DNA of 38,518 nucleotides from a virus (Duplodnaviria; Heunggongvirae; Uroviricota; Caudoviricetes): IMG/VR virus record IMGVR_UViG_2671181134_000015; one strand, 5' to 3'. Shown piece by piece: positions 9,490 to 18,911 of this stretch (position 1 is its first letter; each line of letters starts with the position of its first letter). The notes under the pieces were generated by a model. It saw only the letters and a program-made list of their open reading frames with translations, ran no database searches and was not told where the DNA came from. The position numbers and the translations under genes were made by a program.

Positions 9490-10077
9490 TCAGGCTTCGG
9501 CTTCTTTTCCCCAGCCAACCTTATAGTCCAGAATCGCCGCCGTATCGTTCAGGGCGGCGATCTCTTTTTTCATGTTACGCTGGCGAATGTGAATTTCCAT
9601 CCCTTTGGCAAATAGGGCTTTTGCGGCTGCATCGCTGAGGGCAATCAGCTCATCAGCAGAAACAGGAACATCGTTGTTCTGTGCATCAGTCCAGAAAAAA
9701 TCCAGCGGCAGGATCCCCGCTTTTGCGGCAGCAACGGAAGGCTCAAGGCGGGCCTGCGTTGACTTCCCGTAGTCCCATTTCCTGCCGTTATGTTCAAAGG
9801 TGTAACTCGCCGCTTCCATCGCATTACGCCAGGCGTTGATTTCGTCGTTTTTCAGGCGTCTGGCGTTTTCCCTGTCAGTGTCGTTTTCCTGGTATTCAGA
9901 TACAGAGCCGTGATTTCCTGCTTTCAGTTCGCCCCAGAGTTTTTTGCCGTGTGGCGAGTTGTCATATTCGGTTGCCGTATAGGGCAGCCAGCTCTCCTCC
10001 CCTTCAAACTGGATCTCACAGTCGATAGTGCCGTCACGGTTATAAGCGGCATTTCTTGCTGATTTGATTGTGTGCAT
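9490..10077 (-). CDS. Tail fiber assembly chaperone (Tfa / P2 gpG-like)
   Basis: 195 aa downstream of the tail fiber gene; conserved Tfa-type C-terminal region. Confidence 0.75.
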   Translation of the reverse strand: MHTIKSARNAAYNRDGTIDCEIQFEGEESWLPYTATEYDNSPHGKKLWGELKAGNHGSVSEYQENDTDRENARRLKNDEINAWRNAMEAASYTFEHNGRKWDYGKSTQARLEPSVAAAKAGILPLDFFWTDAQNNDVPVSADELIALSDAAAKALFAKGMEIHIRQRNMKKEIAALNDTAAILDYKVGWGKEAEA

Positions 10078-10088
10078 GAGTCTCTCCG

Positions 10089-11429
10089 TCAGGCAATGCG
10101 CTCAAATATTCCGATTCCTGCGCCTGCATAAATGTCAGCGCAGGCCCGCCACGTGCCCGGTGGCCTGCGGTTTGTGTTCCAGTTTTGCATGGATTCATAA
10201 AAACTGATTTCTAAGTCGGAATTAGTCATGCTCATCAGTCTGAGTTTACTGCCCGGGCGGGTATCTCCGGGCGCTATATTAATTCTGGCAGGATATACCC
10301 CCTCGGCATCCGTTGCCGCCAGAATAAAGCTGCCCACATCCCAGAGTGTCCGCTGTGTTTTTGCCTGTGCAGCCTCCAGTGCTTGCCGTGCTTTCTGCCC
10401 GGCGTTTTCTGCTGCCGTCATGGCCGTCTTCACAGCTTTTGGTGTGGCAGCCAGCACTTCACTGTCACTGTCCGTTGCGCTGCTTAGCTGAACAATACCT
10501 CGCTCTGTCAGGGAGGCGTCGCCGGTCTGCGTGAGGGGGAGTATGGCAACCTCCTTCCATTCAGACCATGGCCCGTTGCCGGTGAAGTTACCTGTCACTG
10601 TCCGGATAAATTTTCGTGGTGGATTCCAGGCGGTGTATTCCTGCTGGCAGAATCCCCATGCGCCCATCCTGATGGATAATGATCCGGCTGATGTTACCGG
10701 GTAGTGATGTGCTGTAGTGGCGCCGTTGTTGTTGGGCTGATAGTAGTCACCATGATGTTCAGGTCTCCCCAGTGTATTCAGATCCACGGCGAGGGGGGCT
10801 GTTGGTCTTGTTACTGTCAGCGCCTTAAGTGCTTTTATTGCTTTGGGTGTGGCTGCCCGGGTTTCATCATCACTGTCGGTTTCACTACTGAGCTGAGTAA
10901 ATCCTTTACTGGTGGTTGTGGCATCCGGGTGTTTACCGTTTTGTTCATGCTGCTTTATCATTTCTGCCACGCCAGCCTGTGTTGCCATGGTGGTTGATGA
11001 GTCGGCTGTCAGATTTACAGAGGCTTCGTTGCTCAGCAGAATCACCATGCGGAATACCTGTTCTCTGCCTGAGCCCTCATCAAGCTGCGGTTTGTAACCT
11101 TCCGCAACATTACCCACGGCGATGAGTGTGCCTTTGCTGTCAAACAGACCGATTTCGCGGATCCAGAATCCTCCTTCATTCGCAGGAATGATCACTTCGG
11201 CGGTTAAAAAACTGGTGTTTTCCGCGTCACGGCTGACCCTGCTGACCTCGCCCCGCCAGACCTCTTTAACGAGAGCGGTTTGCGTGGCCAGTGGTTCTGT
11301 GGGTTTACCGTTACCGTCTCCGACGGCGATATGTGTCAGCGTGATCTTTTCTCCATCCGGTAACACCGCAGCTGCGAGGGCTGCTGTGCCGGCATTTGTG
11401 ATAATGGTTTTGTATTTTGCGGCCATCAT
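10089..11429 (-). CDS. Tail fiber protein (P2 gpH-like N-terminus, short divergent C-terminal part)
   Basis: N-terminal 200 aa align by eye with P2 H (GGFW.RE.GL.D..GTLIAV.N.AE.YKP...EGSGR); two TSKGFTQLSS..SETLAATPKAVK-type collar repeats. Confidence 0.85.
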   Translation of the reverse strand: MMAAKYKTIITNAGTAALAAAVLPDGEKITLTHIAVGDGNGKPTEPLATQTALVKEVWRGEVSRVSRDAENTSFLTAEVIIPANEGGFWIREIGLFDSKGTLIAVGNVAEGYKPQLDEGSGREQVFRMVILLSNEASVNLTADSSTTMATQAGVAEMIKQHEQNGKHPDATTTSKGFTQLSSETDSDDETRAATPKAIKALKALTVTRPTAPLAVDLNTLGRPEHHGDYYQPNNNGATTAHHYPVTSAGSLSIRMGAWGFCQQEYTAWNPPRKFIRTVTGNFTGNGPWSEWKEVAILPLTQTGDASLTERGIVQLSSATDSDSEVLAATPKAVKTAMTAAENAGQKARQALEAAQAKTQRTLWDVGSFILAATDAEGVYPARINIAPGDTRPGSKLRLMSMTNSDLEISFYESMQNWNTNRRPPGTWRACADIYAGAGIGIFERIA

Positions 11430-12061
11430 TACTCCTTGTCCGGTCTGATGGTTACTGTGATGCCTTCATAGGTGACTCCGCCCGGGTGGATGTCACCACT
11501 GACTGACAGCGGGCTTGTCAGTTCTGCTGCCGGATATACCACGATGGTTTCCCCGGTCAGCGTGGCCCCGGTTATGCGGGATACACCCCGTGCAACGTAG
11601 GTCATTTTCATGGCGGCAAGGTGTCGGCTTACCGGGCGAACGGTGGTAATCATTCGCTCCATCTCCTGCCGGGTTTCCTCTGTCAGTCCGCGCTCCGATA
11701 TGTCAATATCCAGCCTGAATGACCCCGGCGGATCGTTGTTCTCCCACCATTCTGTAATACTCAGTATCGCGCCGAAGGGCTCCACAGCCCGACGCATGGC
11801 GCTGATGGTGCCTTTGTGGCGGTGAATATGCCACGAGTCACGGATGATCTGACGACGTGCCTCTTCACTCCATGTTTCATCCCAGCGGTCAACGGAAAGC
11901 GCCCAGGCAAGCCATGGCAGCAGATGGGCTGGGCAGGTGTCGGGGTTCCAGAGGGTGTTGATATGGATCGGCAGCTCTGACAGGCGCTGAGCGCCCTGTT
12001 CCGAATGATGCAGGAAGGAGGGCGATGATGGCGGCAGCAGTCGGTTATTCATCGGTGCCAC
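11429..12061 (-). CDS. Baseplate protein gpI-like
   Basis: Position and size in the V-W-J-I-H-G module; overlaps neighbouring genes. Confidence 0.8.
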   Translation of the reverse strand: MAPMNNRLLPPSSPSFLHHSEQGAQRLSELPIHINTLWNPDTCPAHLLPWLAWALSVDRWDETWSEEARRQIIRDSWHIHRHKGTISAMRRAVEPFGAILSITEWWENNDPPGSFRLDIDISERGLTEETRQEMERMITTVRPVSRHLAAMKMTYVARGVSRITGATLTGETIVVYPAAELTSPLSVSGDIHPGGVTYEGITVTIRPDKE

Positions 12062-12941
12062 CTGCAGAGATGTTCCGGGATGTGCAGCGGGCTGACTGGG
12101 TGTTACTGATCACCACATTCTGCGCTGGTTTCTTCAGCTCGACTCGCTGAACGCCCGGTACGTGTAGCGTTGCCATAATGGCAGAGCGGGCCACATCACG
12201 CCCTATGGCATTCTGAGTCTTCAGCCATGTGTCAAGTGCATCTCTGGCGGCGGCAAGAATGGGTTCAGATTCCGGGCCAGGATAAAAATAGAGTACGGCC
12301 TCAATATCGTAACTGACGATGGTCGCACTCTGTACCGTGAGTCTGTCGGCCAGGGGGCGCACAGTTTCATCATTGAGAGCCCGGCTGACGGTCGCGATTA
12401 ATTCCGGTGACGCTGTGCCGTCTCCTTCCGTTGAGAGAATGGAGACAATGACCGTCGCAGGTGACGGACTGGTTGCCCGTGCATCGGCAACAAGACCGCT
12501 GGCACTGCGGGCAAAATATTCATATGCAGCAGAGGGGCCTGCGACGCTGAAACCTTCAAATCCGGATTGTGCCCGCAGACGGAACGCGCTGTCGCTCTCC
12601 ATGATGGCAGCTTCTGTATCAGTAGCAGGTTTCAGTTCAAGGCGTTTCGCATTCACGATAGCGGCGAGATTATCCAGGTCTGTGGATACGGCATGGCTGA
12701 GCATGCACCCCGCCGCTGCATCGTTGATCCGCTGACGGAGCAGCATTTCGCGAAAGGCGATGGCCTGAGCAATGATGTTGAGTGGCTCTGATTCCAGCGC
12801 AATGGCTGCGCTGACGGCACTGCGCATGTTTTCAGGGAAGGCATCAATCATAAAGGCCTTCACGTCTTTCAGTATGCTCTCATAATCCAGTGATTCAATG
12901 ATCTGCGGACGTGGTAACTGAGACAGGTCAATTGTCGGCAT
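12045..12941 (-). CDS. Baseplate protein gpJ-like
   Basis: 298 aa, position between W and I. Confidence 0.8.
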   Translation of the reverse strand: MPTIDLSQLPRPQIIESLDYESILKDVKAFMIDAFPENMRSAVSAAIALESEPLNIIAQAIAFREMLLRQRINDAAAGCMLSHAVSTDLDNLAAIVNAKRLELKPATDTEAAIMESDSAFRLRAQSGFEGFSVAGPSAAYEYFARSASGLVADARATSPSPATVIVSILSTEGDGTASPELIATVSRALNDETVRPLADRLTVQSATIVSYDIEAVLYFYPGPESEPILAAARDALDTWLKTQNAIGRDVARSAIMATLHVPGVQRVELKKPAQNVVISNTQSARCTSRNISAGGTDE

Positions 12942-13293
12942 TACTCCCCCTCAGCGGAATGCTCATCTGTACGGGCTGCATTGTGCGGGTGAGCACGCCT
13001 GAGATGGCCAGCAGAGCGCGTCCGTCAGGCAGCCAGGCGATATCCACCCGGTTAATGGCGATCCGGGGCTCCCACTGTGCGAGCGCCATAACCACCGCGC
13101 TCATGCACTGCAGACGCGTCACGTCGTTTTGTGGCGCATCGAGCAGTTCAGGTAACAGGCTGCCATACTCTCTTCGCATGATGCGACTGCCGCGCGGGGT
13201 GGTCAGAATATTGTTTACAGAGTGGCGGAGGTGTTCTGTGTCACTGATGCATCCGCTACCATGCGGGTTCATGCCTGTGCATACCGGTGTCAT
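12928..13293 (-). CDS. Baseplate wedge protein gpW-like (gp25/lysozyme-like fold family)
   Basis: 121 aa, position after V. Confidence 0.75.
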   Translation of the reverse strand: MTPVCTGMNPHGSGCISDTEHLRHSVNNILTTPRGSRIMRREYGSLLPELLDAPQNDVTRLQCMSAVVMALAQWEPRIAINRVDIAWLPDGRALLAISGVLTRTMQPVQMSIPLRGSNADN

Positions 13294-13886
13294 TTCGGCC
13301 CCCCTGTCATGCTTCCGCCGGACTGAACACCGTTATGAACGTGCGTATGCACGGTAACACCATTTGAGCGTAAGTTTCCGTTACTGTGTGTGATATCCCC
13401 TTTCATGGTGCCACCGTCAGTCAGTTCAAACGTCCTGGCCTTCAGATGTTTTGTGCACTCTACGGCCGGTGTGTCCAGGGTAATACGTGTTTCCGCAGAG
13501 ATCTCTGCGGTTTTGATTCCTTTCACCGTCAGCGCGCCTTTTTCTGCGTCATAGCGTATCTCGGCACCGTCAGGTGCAAGGAGTATCACTTCATTCTGTT
13601 TTGTGCCGGGCGCCGGGTGTTCTTCGCTGTAGAGACTGCCAGCCACAACGGCCATTTCAGGACTGCCGCCCGGGCAGAGCAACAGCACCTGTTCACCGGG
13701 GGAGGGGGGCAGCCAGATTTTAAACGCCCCGGCGCGTGTGCAGTTCCAGCGGAGCCAGTCCGTTGTCAGTCCGCCGCTGGTAGCGCGAATGCGCCAGTTT
13801 TTCAGATCCACCTCCGAAACGACGCCGGTGCGGACCATGTTTTCCAGCAGTCGCATGATTTCAGCATTCAACGGGTGTTTCTCCAC
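13290..13886 (-). CDS. Baseplate assembly/spike protein gpV-like
   Basis: 198 aa, position and size. Confidence 0.8.
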   Translation of the reverse strand: MEKHPLNAEIMRLLENMVRTGVVSEVDLKNWRIRATSGGLTTDWLRWNCTRAGAFKIWLPPSPGEQVLLLCPGGSPEMAVVAGSLYSEEHPAPGTKQNEVILLAPDGAEIRYDAEKGALTVKGIKTAEISAETRITLDTPAVECTKHLKARTFELTDGGTMKGDITHSNGNLRSNGVTVHTHVHNGVQSGGSMTGGPK

Positions 13887-14530
13887 AGGTTGTTGATAAT
13901 GATTTCCGTCACTTTCTGTCTGTCGGCTTCACTGAATCCCAGCAGTTCGCGTTGCGGATAGCGGACGGCATTACCGGCAGAGACCAGTGACACTTCGCCG
14001 AACTGATGAACGCGGGCAATGCGGGCTGCGCGGCCTTCAAATCCCACGCTGACGCCGCCGGGATCGGTTTTTACCTTCAGAAAGCGGTTTGTCCGAAGCT
14101 GCTCAAACATGGGTGGACGCTTAATGGCGCTCTGCGTTCGCCTGCGGATGTCAATTTCCAGGTATTCTTCAATATCGGCTTTGTGGAACGAGCGTATTCC
14201 CCGGCGCTCCGTGTCGTAACCGGTGATCATGGGGCCGTACCGGCCGGTTGTTGTCCGCCAGTTTTTCAGTCGTCTCACCTGAGTGCCGTTCCAGATGAAC
14301 ACCACACCTGCCTGGACACGGAATACACGTTTTTTACGGGCTGGCCACCGGTTACCGTCCGGTGATTGTTGCGAACGTATACGCTTTTGTTGCGCGGCGC
14401 GGACAGCCTGACCGACAGCACGTGCTGTTTTGTTTATACCGGCAGCGGACAGACCACTGAGGATCTCCTGAAAGAGACCGTCCAGTCTGTGCAGGTCATC
14501 CGGAGCCATCATTCTGACCCCATGTGACAT
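13868..14530 (-). CDS. Tail completion protein gpS-like (start uncertain, 14530 or 14512)
   Basis: Position after R; overlaps R 3' end and V 5' end. Confidence 0.65.
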   Translation of the reverse strand: MSHGVRMMAPDDLHRLDGLFQEILSGLSAAGINKTARAVGQAVRAAQQKRIRSQQSPDGNRWPARKKRVFRVQAGVVFIWNGTQVRRLKNWRTTTGRYGPMITGYDTERRGIRSFHKADIEEYLEIDIRRRTQSAIKRPPMFEQLRTNRFLKVKTDPGGVSVGFEGRAARIARVHQFGEVSLVSAGNAVRYPQRELLGFSEADRQKVTEIIINNLWRNTR

Positions 14531-14963
14531 CTTCGAGGGTGACGCGCCATGCTTCCAGGGCCCGGCTGACAGGCGGCTCTCCGATGTGTTCTGCGTGAAC
14601 AGTGCCATCATCATTACGGCGGATAATCACCCGCTCCCATACCGGGATTTCCAGCAGGATATCGGTGCTGTCGTCGTCATTGATGGCAACAGAAAATTTG
14701 ATATCCCTGTTTTTCTCCGGATTAAGCAGGAGATCAGGCTGATTGCGGTACAGCCAGCGCATCAGCGGCACCATCAGTTCATCGAGATCCTGCGTGAAGT
14801 CCATGACAAAGATCCCAAGCGTGTAACGGTAAAGATATGAGGGGGATTCGCCGGTCGTCTCAATGCCTCCGTTATTCACATACACAGTGAATTTCTCCGG
14901 GTTGGCGCGACACCATGGGCAGGCGTCAGTCATGGCGTCGCGCAGGGTGTTAATTTTCAGCAT
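14496..14963 (-). CDS. Tail completion protein gpR-like
   Basis: 155 aa, same size as P2 R; position. Confidence 0.7.
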   Translation of the reverse strand: MLKINTLRDAMTDACPWCRANPEKFTVYVNNGGIETTGESPSYLYRYTLGIFVMDFTQDLDELMVPLMRWLYRNQPDLLLNPEKNRDIKFSVAINDDDSTDILLEIPVWERVIIRRNDDGTVHAEHIGEPPVSRALEAWRVTLEDVTWGQNDGSG

Positions 14964-14978
14964 GCCCCCTCCTGTGTG

Positions 14979-15152
14979 TTATGGCATGTTCTGGTTGTTC
15001 TGTTGTGCAGACTTCTGACTGATTTTTTCAGCGGCGCGCTCGTCAATTTTTCGCTGAAAATAATTTCTGATAACACTGTAACCGCCGCTGATCAGATACA
15101 GCGCGCAGACGGCAGTACAGAAATACAGCATGATCTGATGAATGAATAACAT
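14979..15152 (-). CDS. Small predicted membrane protein (57 aa), unknown function
   Basis: MLFIHQIMLYFCTAVCALYLISGGY hydrophobic helix plus polar tail; AGGTGA RBS. Confidence 0.35.
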   Translation of the reverse strand: MLFIHQIMLYFCTAVCALYLISGGYSVIRNYFQRKIDERAAEKISQKSAQQNNQNMP

Positions 15153-15298
15153 AATCACCTCACACAAATGATTGACATAACGATGTCTGGCGTTTTAAAA
15201 AAAATGAATAACAATAATAAACACTCTCCATAATTCCTCTTGCGCTCCCGTCAGGTATCTTTTCCTCTCAGTCTTGCCTGCCGGGAGCCTCTTTTTTC

Positions 15299-17344
15299 TT
15301 ATGCGGCGTTGCTGTTATTGATATCCACCGTCACATACTCAATCAGCACGGGGTAGGTGTCCTTGTTACTGGTGATATCCGTGATCAGCAGTTTGTCGTT
15401 ATCCAGTCCTGCCGCCGGGCATTTCGCCAGATTAAAGGCCGCCTGGGTCTGACCGTTGATGACCGGTGTCACGCTGATGCTGTTATTTCCGGCAAACCGG
15501 AACACCACGTTGTGCCAGTTATGATTAAATGCCCCGAAGGTTCCCAGTTTTGCATTCTGTTGTTTGTGCTGCATCAGATTCAGGTTTGCGCTGTCGCTCT
15601 GGATGAAGAAGGCGGCCAGCATATCGTTTCCTGCGCTGCCTTCCAGAACAACGTTTTCAGGTAGCTGAGAAACCGGCCAGTGCAGAGCCATGGCGAAGCG
15701 GTTTTCTGCCAGCTGAACACCTTCCGGGATTTTGAAACGAAAGGCAATTTCCCCGCCTTTCTGAAGTAATTCAGCTGCTTTACTTGCAGGCACATCGTGG
15801 GCGATTTTCCAGGCTGTTTGTTGCCCCTGGACTTTTTCCACTCGCATGGCTTTACCGCTCTCAGCAGCAGAGTCATTTACGACGGAGGCTTTTCCATCTG
15901 CCCCTGTCCAGCCCTGTTCTTTCAGTTTCCCTTCCTGTGCGTCTGCGCGATAAGCGACGGCCGTTGTTCTTGCCGGTGATGACTGCGTACCTGCGCCCGG
16001 CTGAGGTGCAGGTGTGTAGGGCTGCGGGCTTTCCGTGGTGGTGCTGTCTGAACCGGCCGTGGCGGGAGGTACTGCGACCACGCTGAACGGTGCGGGTGCA
16101 CCTTTCAGGAAGGCGACGGTCTTCCCGGCATGCATCAGGATCGCCGTTGCCAGGCGGTCAGAAATAATGCCGCGGCGGGCCCATGAACTGAAATGCGTGG
16201 CGCGATCTGAAGAGGTCCAGTTTCCGTTACTACGGGATGCAGCACCGTAATAACCGGCTTCTGCCAGGTCAGGATCTTCGGCAGGCAGGTTTGTTGGCGT
16301 GTTAGCACCTTTCTCATCGGTCATCAGGGGCACAAAATAAATTTTTTGCGCTTCTTTGTTCTGATATGCACCGTAAACCACCGGGTACTGAGAGGTATAT
16401 TGTTGTTTCCAGATATAGGTGGTATCGCCGCAAATCCAGGGAACAAGTGATGCGTTGCCTCCGGTGCACTGTGCAGCATATGCGCTGAGATCTGCGCGGA
16501 ACTGATTCACCATGTTCAGGAATAATTGCGGGTGCTGTGCGTATGTTGCTGATTTCAGATCAAACTCTCCCAGCATCCAGACCACGGATAACAGGACGTT
16601 TTTGGGGTTTTTATCCAGCGCGGCTTTTGTACGGGTAAGCAGATCGTTATACAGCGGTTTGCCGACGCCCCACAGGGATGATTCGGCCGTTGCTCCTGAA
16701 GATTCACTGAATGCCCCCTCAGCGCCGGAAGTAAGCGCTGACCCTCCACTACAGCAAGGTACCAGGAGGATCCCTGCATTTTTCGGGATAAACGCCAGTA
16801 ATTTTTTGGCAATATGTAAACCCTGTCCGACGCAGCCATACTGACCTTTTGACAGATCGGCGTTCGGATGATTAAGGCTGCTCATATCCTGTACATCATG
16901 GAGACAGTGATCTGCCGGAATAATATCGTTATAGGTACATGCAGCGCCGCCCGGTGTTACCGTACTGCGACGCGCTAACTGTTTAATTCGTGGATCAGGA
17001 CTGTCGAATGTATCCGGTAATGGCAGCCCCTCACCGTATGCCATGCCATTGGACTGACCAGCCAGTGGCACCACATAATAAAACTCTGGCTCAGTTGTGT
17101 GTCCAGTGTTGTATCCGTCGGTAGTGCCCGGTACGGGTTTTTCCTCGCCTTCTGGTACCGGAATGGCTGATGGCAGGTCTCTGTCAGTGACCAGTGCCTG
17201 CATCAGGTAAAATGGTGCTCCCGGCTCTGATGCTGAGACAGGTCCCCCAAGAAGTCCCCATCCTTCCCTGAGCATGGGCGCAAGTTTTTCGGCAAGTTCC
17301 TTGTTCGTCATTGCCGTCACAAGCTGATAATGTTTCGGTACCAT
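15299..17344 (-). CDS. Putative carbohydrate esterase resembling prophage sialate O-acetylesterase NanS-p (DUF1737-like N-terminus, GQSN-motif esterase core, C-terminal beta-rich domain)
   Basis: LAGQSNGMAYG resembles the GQSNM catalytic motif of the SASA/DUF303 family; N-terminal 50 aa resemble DUF1737 of NanS-p proteins; start placed at MVPKHYQ with GGAG RBS. Confidence 0.55.
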   Translation of the reverse strand: MVPKHYQLVTAMTNKELAEKLAPMLREGWGLLGGPVSASEPGAPFYLMQALVTDRDLPSAIPVPEGEEKPVPGTTDGYNTGHTTEPEFYYVVPLAGQSNGMAYGEGLPLPDTFDSPDPRIKQLARRSTVTPGGAACTYNDIIPADHCLHDVQDMSSLNHPNADLSKGQYGCVGQGLHIAKKLLAFIPKNAGILLVPCCSGGSALTSGAEGAFSESSGATAESSLWGVGKPLYNDLLTRTKAALDKNPKNVLLSVVWMLGEFDLKSATYAQHPQLFLNMVNQFRADLSAYAAQCTGGNASLVPWICGDTTYIWKQQYTSQYPVVYGAYQNKEAQKIYFVPLMTDEKGANTPTNLPAEDPDLAEAGYYGAASRSNGNWTSSDRATHFSSWARRGIISDRLATAILMHAGKTVAFLKGAPAPFSVVAVPPATAGSDSTTTESPQPYTPAPQPGAGTQSSPARTTAVAYRADAQEGKLKEQGWTGADGKASVVNDSAAESGKAMRVEKVQGQQTAWKIAHDVPASKAAELLQKGGEIAFRFKIPEGVQLAENRFAMALHWPVSQLPENVVLEGSAGNDMLAAFFIQSDSANLNLMQHKQQNAKLGTFGAFNHNWHNVVFRFAGNNSISVTPVINGQTQAAFNLAKCPAAGLDNDKLLITDITSNKDTYPVLIEYVTVDINNSNAA

Positions 17345-17354
17345 AGTGACTCCG

Positions 17355-17630
17355 TTATTTTTCATGAGTGTTCATTCGTGCTGTCCGCTGCCGCTCCAGC
17401 CCGGCAATGGCGGCTTTATCGGCATTACAACTGTCCAGGGCATCTACCAGTCGGTCTCCCCAGTCAGCCACATCAGCCCATATCATGTGTTGCGGCAGCA
17501 CCGGTACCGGCGTCTGTCTGGTCAGACTTTCCGGCACGCTCCCGCAAATGACGCCGGTTTTCAGCGGCGCTGGCGTGTTGTTGCAGGCTGTCAGCAACAT
17601 CAGCAGGGGGAGAAGTGCGTGCGCACTCAT
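17355..17630 (-). CDS. o-spanin (Rz1/LysC-like outer-membrane lipoprotein), embedded out of frame in the i-spanin gene
   Basis: MSAHALLPLLMLLTACNN lipobox (LLTAC), Pro-rich mature part; overlaps 17473-17630 in a different frame. Confidence 0.7.
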   Translation of the reverse strand: MSAHALLPLLMLLTACNNTPAPLKTGVICGSVPESLTRQTPVPVLPQHMIWADVADWGDRLVDALDSCNADKAAIAGLERQRTARMNTHEK

Positions 17631-17898
17631 CCGCCTGTAAGTTTTTCCGCATCGTTTCACGTCGTTCTTCCCCTCTGGCTGCACGCTCCTGATCTTCGCG
17701 CCGGATAGCGGCCAGCGCTGACTGTGTCTCCGCCGTGGCCTTAAGCAACTCCCGGACGGTCGTATTGCTCTCTTTCACGGCTTTTTCCAGCGCTTCATAA
17801 CGGGTGCTCTCCTGACCTGAGCGATAGGCCCGGATGACCACCATTGCCTGCAGCGAAATGGTCAGCAGCAGCGCACAAAGGATAATGTTCAGTTTCAT
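17473..17898 (-). CDS. i-spanin (Rz/LysB-like)
   Basis: N-terminal transmembrane anchor MKLNIILCALLLTISLQAMVVI then charged coiled-coil; ATGA start-stop overlap with the endolysin gene. Confidence 0.7.
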   Translation of the reverse strand: MKLNIILCALLLTISLQAMVVIRAYRSGQESTRYEALEKAVKESNTTVRELLKATAETQSALAAIRREDQERAARGEERRETMRKNLQADECARTSPPADVADSLQQHASAAENRRHLRERAGKSDQTDAGTGAAATHDMG

Positions 17899-18446
17899 GG
17901 CTGCGCTCCCGCGTCTTTCAGGCACCAGTTCTTAAAATCATTCCGGCGGTTAACCAGTCCCTGCGTGCGCGTTCCGCCACTGTTCACAAAATCTGTCAGC
18001 CGGTAACACATGAGGCGCCATTGCCGTGTCTGCGCGTGTTTCCAGATGGTGGTGCGTTGCGGCGTGCCGTTTTTGTTTTTAAACCACATCAGATTCCGGC
18101 AGCCCAGGTTAAAGGCGGCGTCCGTCATGGCTTCGAATGCAGACTGCGGCATCTGCTGCCCCCTGAAATTCTGTGTGATGCAGTTCTCAGCGCGGCGCAT
18201 ATCGTTGATCCACCGCCCGGCCACTTCCTCCTGTGTGTACAGGCGGTTTTCCACGTTACCGGTGGATCCGCATCCGACCGTACCGACCCCCACCAGATCA
18301 CGGTAGGGTCGGGCCCGGCACTCCTCCCATGTGGCAATTTTGATTTGTGCCTCGCGGGAGGTTCTCAGTTCTCCGGGAGCCAGGGAGATCCCCAGCGCCA
18401 CAATGGCGGCCACGGCGTAACGCTTAGGTCCGGCCATCGTGCTCAT
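17895..18446 (-). CDS. SAR-type endolysin (phage P1 Lyz / T4 lysozyme family)
   Basis: Gly/Ala-rich weakly hydrophobic N-terminal segment AVAAIVALGISLAPG; catalytic region CITQNFRGQQMPQSAFEAMTDAAFNLGC resembles P1 Lyz. Confidence 0.75.
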   Translation of the reverse strand: MSTMAGPKRYAVAAIVALGISLAPGELRTSREAQIKIATWEECRARPYRDLVGVGTVGCGSTGNVENRLYTQEEVAGRWINDMRRAENCITQNFRGQQMPQSAFEAMTDAAFNLGCRNLMWFKNKNGTPQRTTIWKHAQTRQWRLMCYRLTDFVNSGGTRTQGLVNRRNDFKNWCLKDAGAQP

Positions 18447-18720
18447 CCTGCTTCAGAAGCATCATTGCCCGGCGCTCTGCGTCGTTCAGCTCCCTTCCTT
18501 CTGACTGCATAAGGATTTTTTCAATCAGTTCGTTGCGCCTTGCCTGGGCGATCTCCATCCTGCGGCGGTGAAGCCAGGCACGAAGCAGTGACAGCGTTCC
18601 CAGCACAAAACCGGCCACGGCAATTTTTTCGCTCAGCGTCATCACGCCGATACCGGCTGTCGTCACTGACGCCCAGAACGTGATGTGATCACAAAGCCGC
18701 TGAAACATTCTCACCCCCAC
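18424..18720 (-). CDS. Holin with two transmembrane domains (possible pinholin)
   Basis: Two hydrophobic segments then a charged C-terminal tail; directly upstream of the SAR endolysin. Confidence 0.65.
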   Translation of the reverse strand: MGVRMFQRLCDHITFWASVTTAGIGVMTLSEKIAVAGFVLGTLSLLRAWLHRRRMEIAQARRNELIEKILMQSEGRELNDAERRAMMLLKQDEHDGRT

Positions 18721-18911
18721 AACTGGATCATTTCACGCCGGGTCTGCCCCTGCAGCTCCGGCAGCTCCACTTCCTGTCCGGCATGCAGAAACATGACGGC
18801 TGAAATCCCCGGATTGGCGGCCAGTACCGCCTCAGTCACCCCCTGCGTGGTGCCGTAATGGCGCTGACAGAGTAAATCGACGGTGTCACCGTCCAGAGCC
18901 ATTACTTTCAT
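18711..18911 (-). CDS. Tail protein gpX-like
   Basis: 66 aa MKVMALDGDTVDLLCQRHYG... as P2 X; TGATG overlap with L. Confidence 0.7.
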   Translation of the reverse strand: MKVMALDGDTVDLLCQRHYGTTQGVTEAVLAANPGISAVMFLHAGQEVELPELQGQTRREMIQLWG

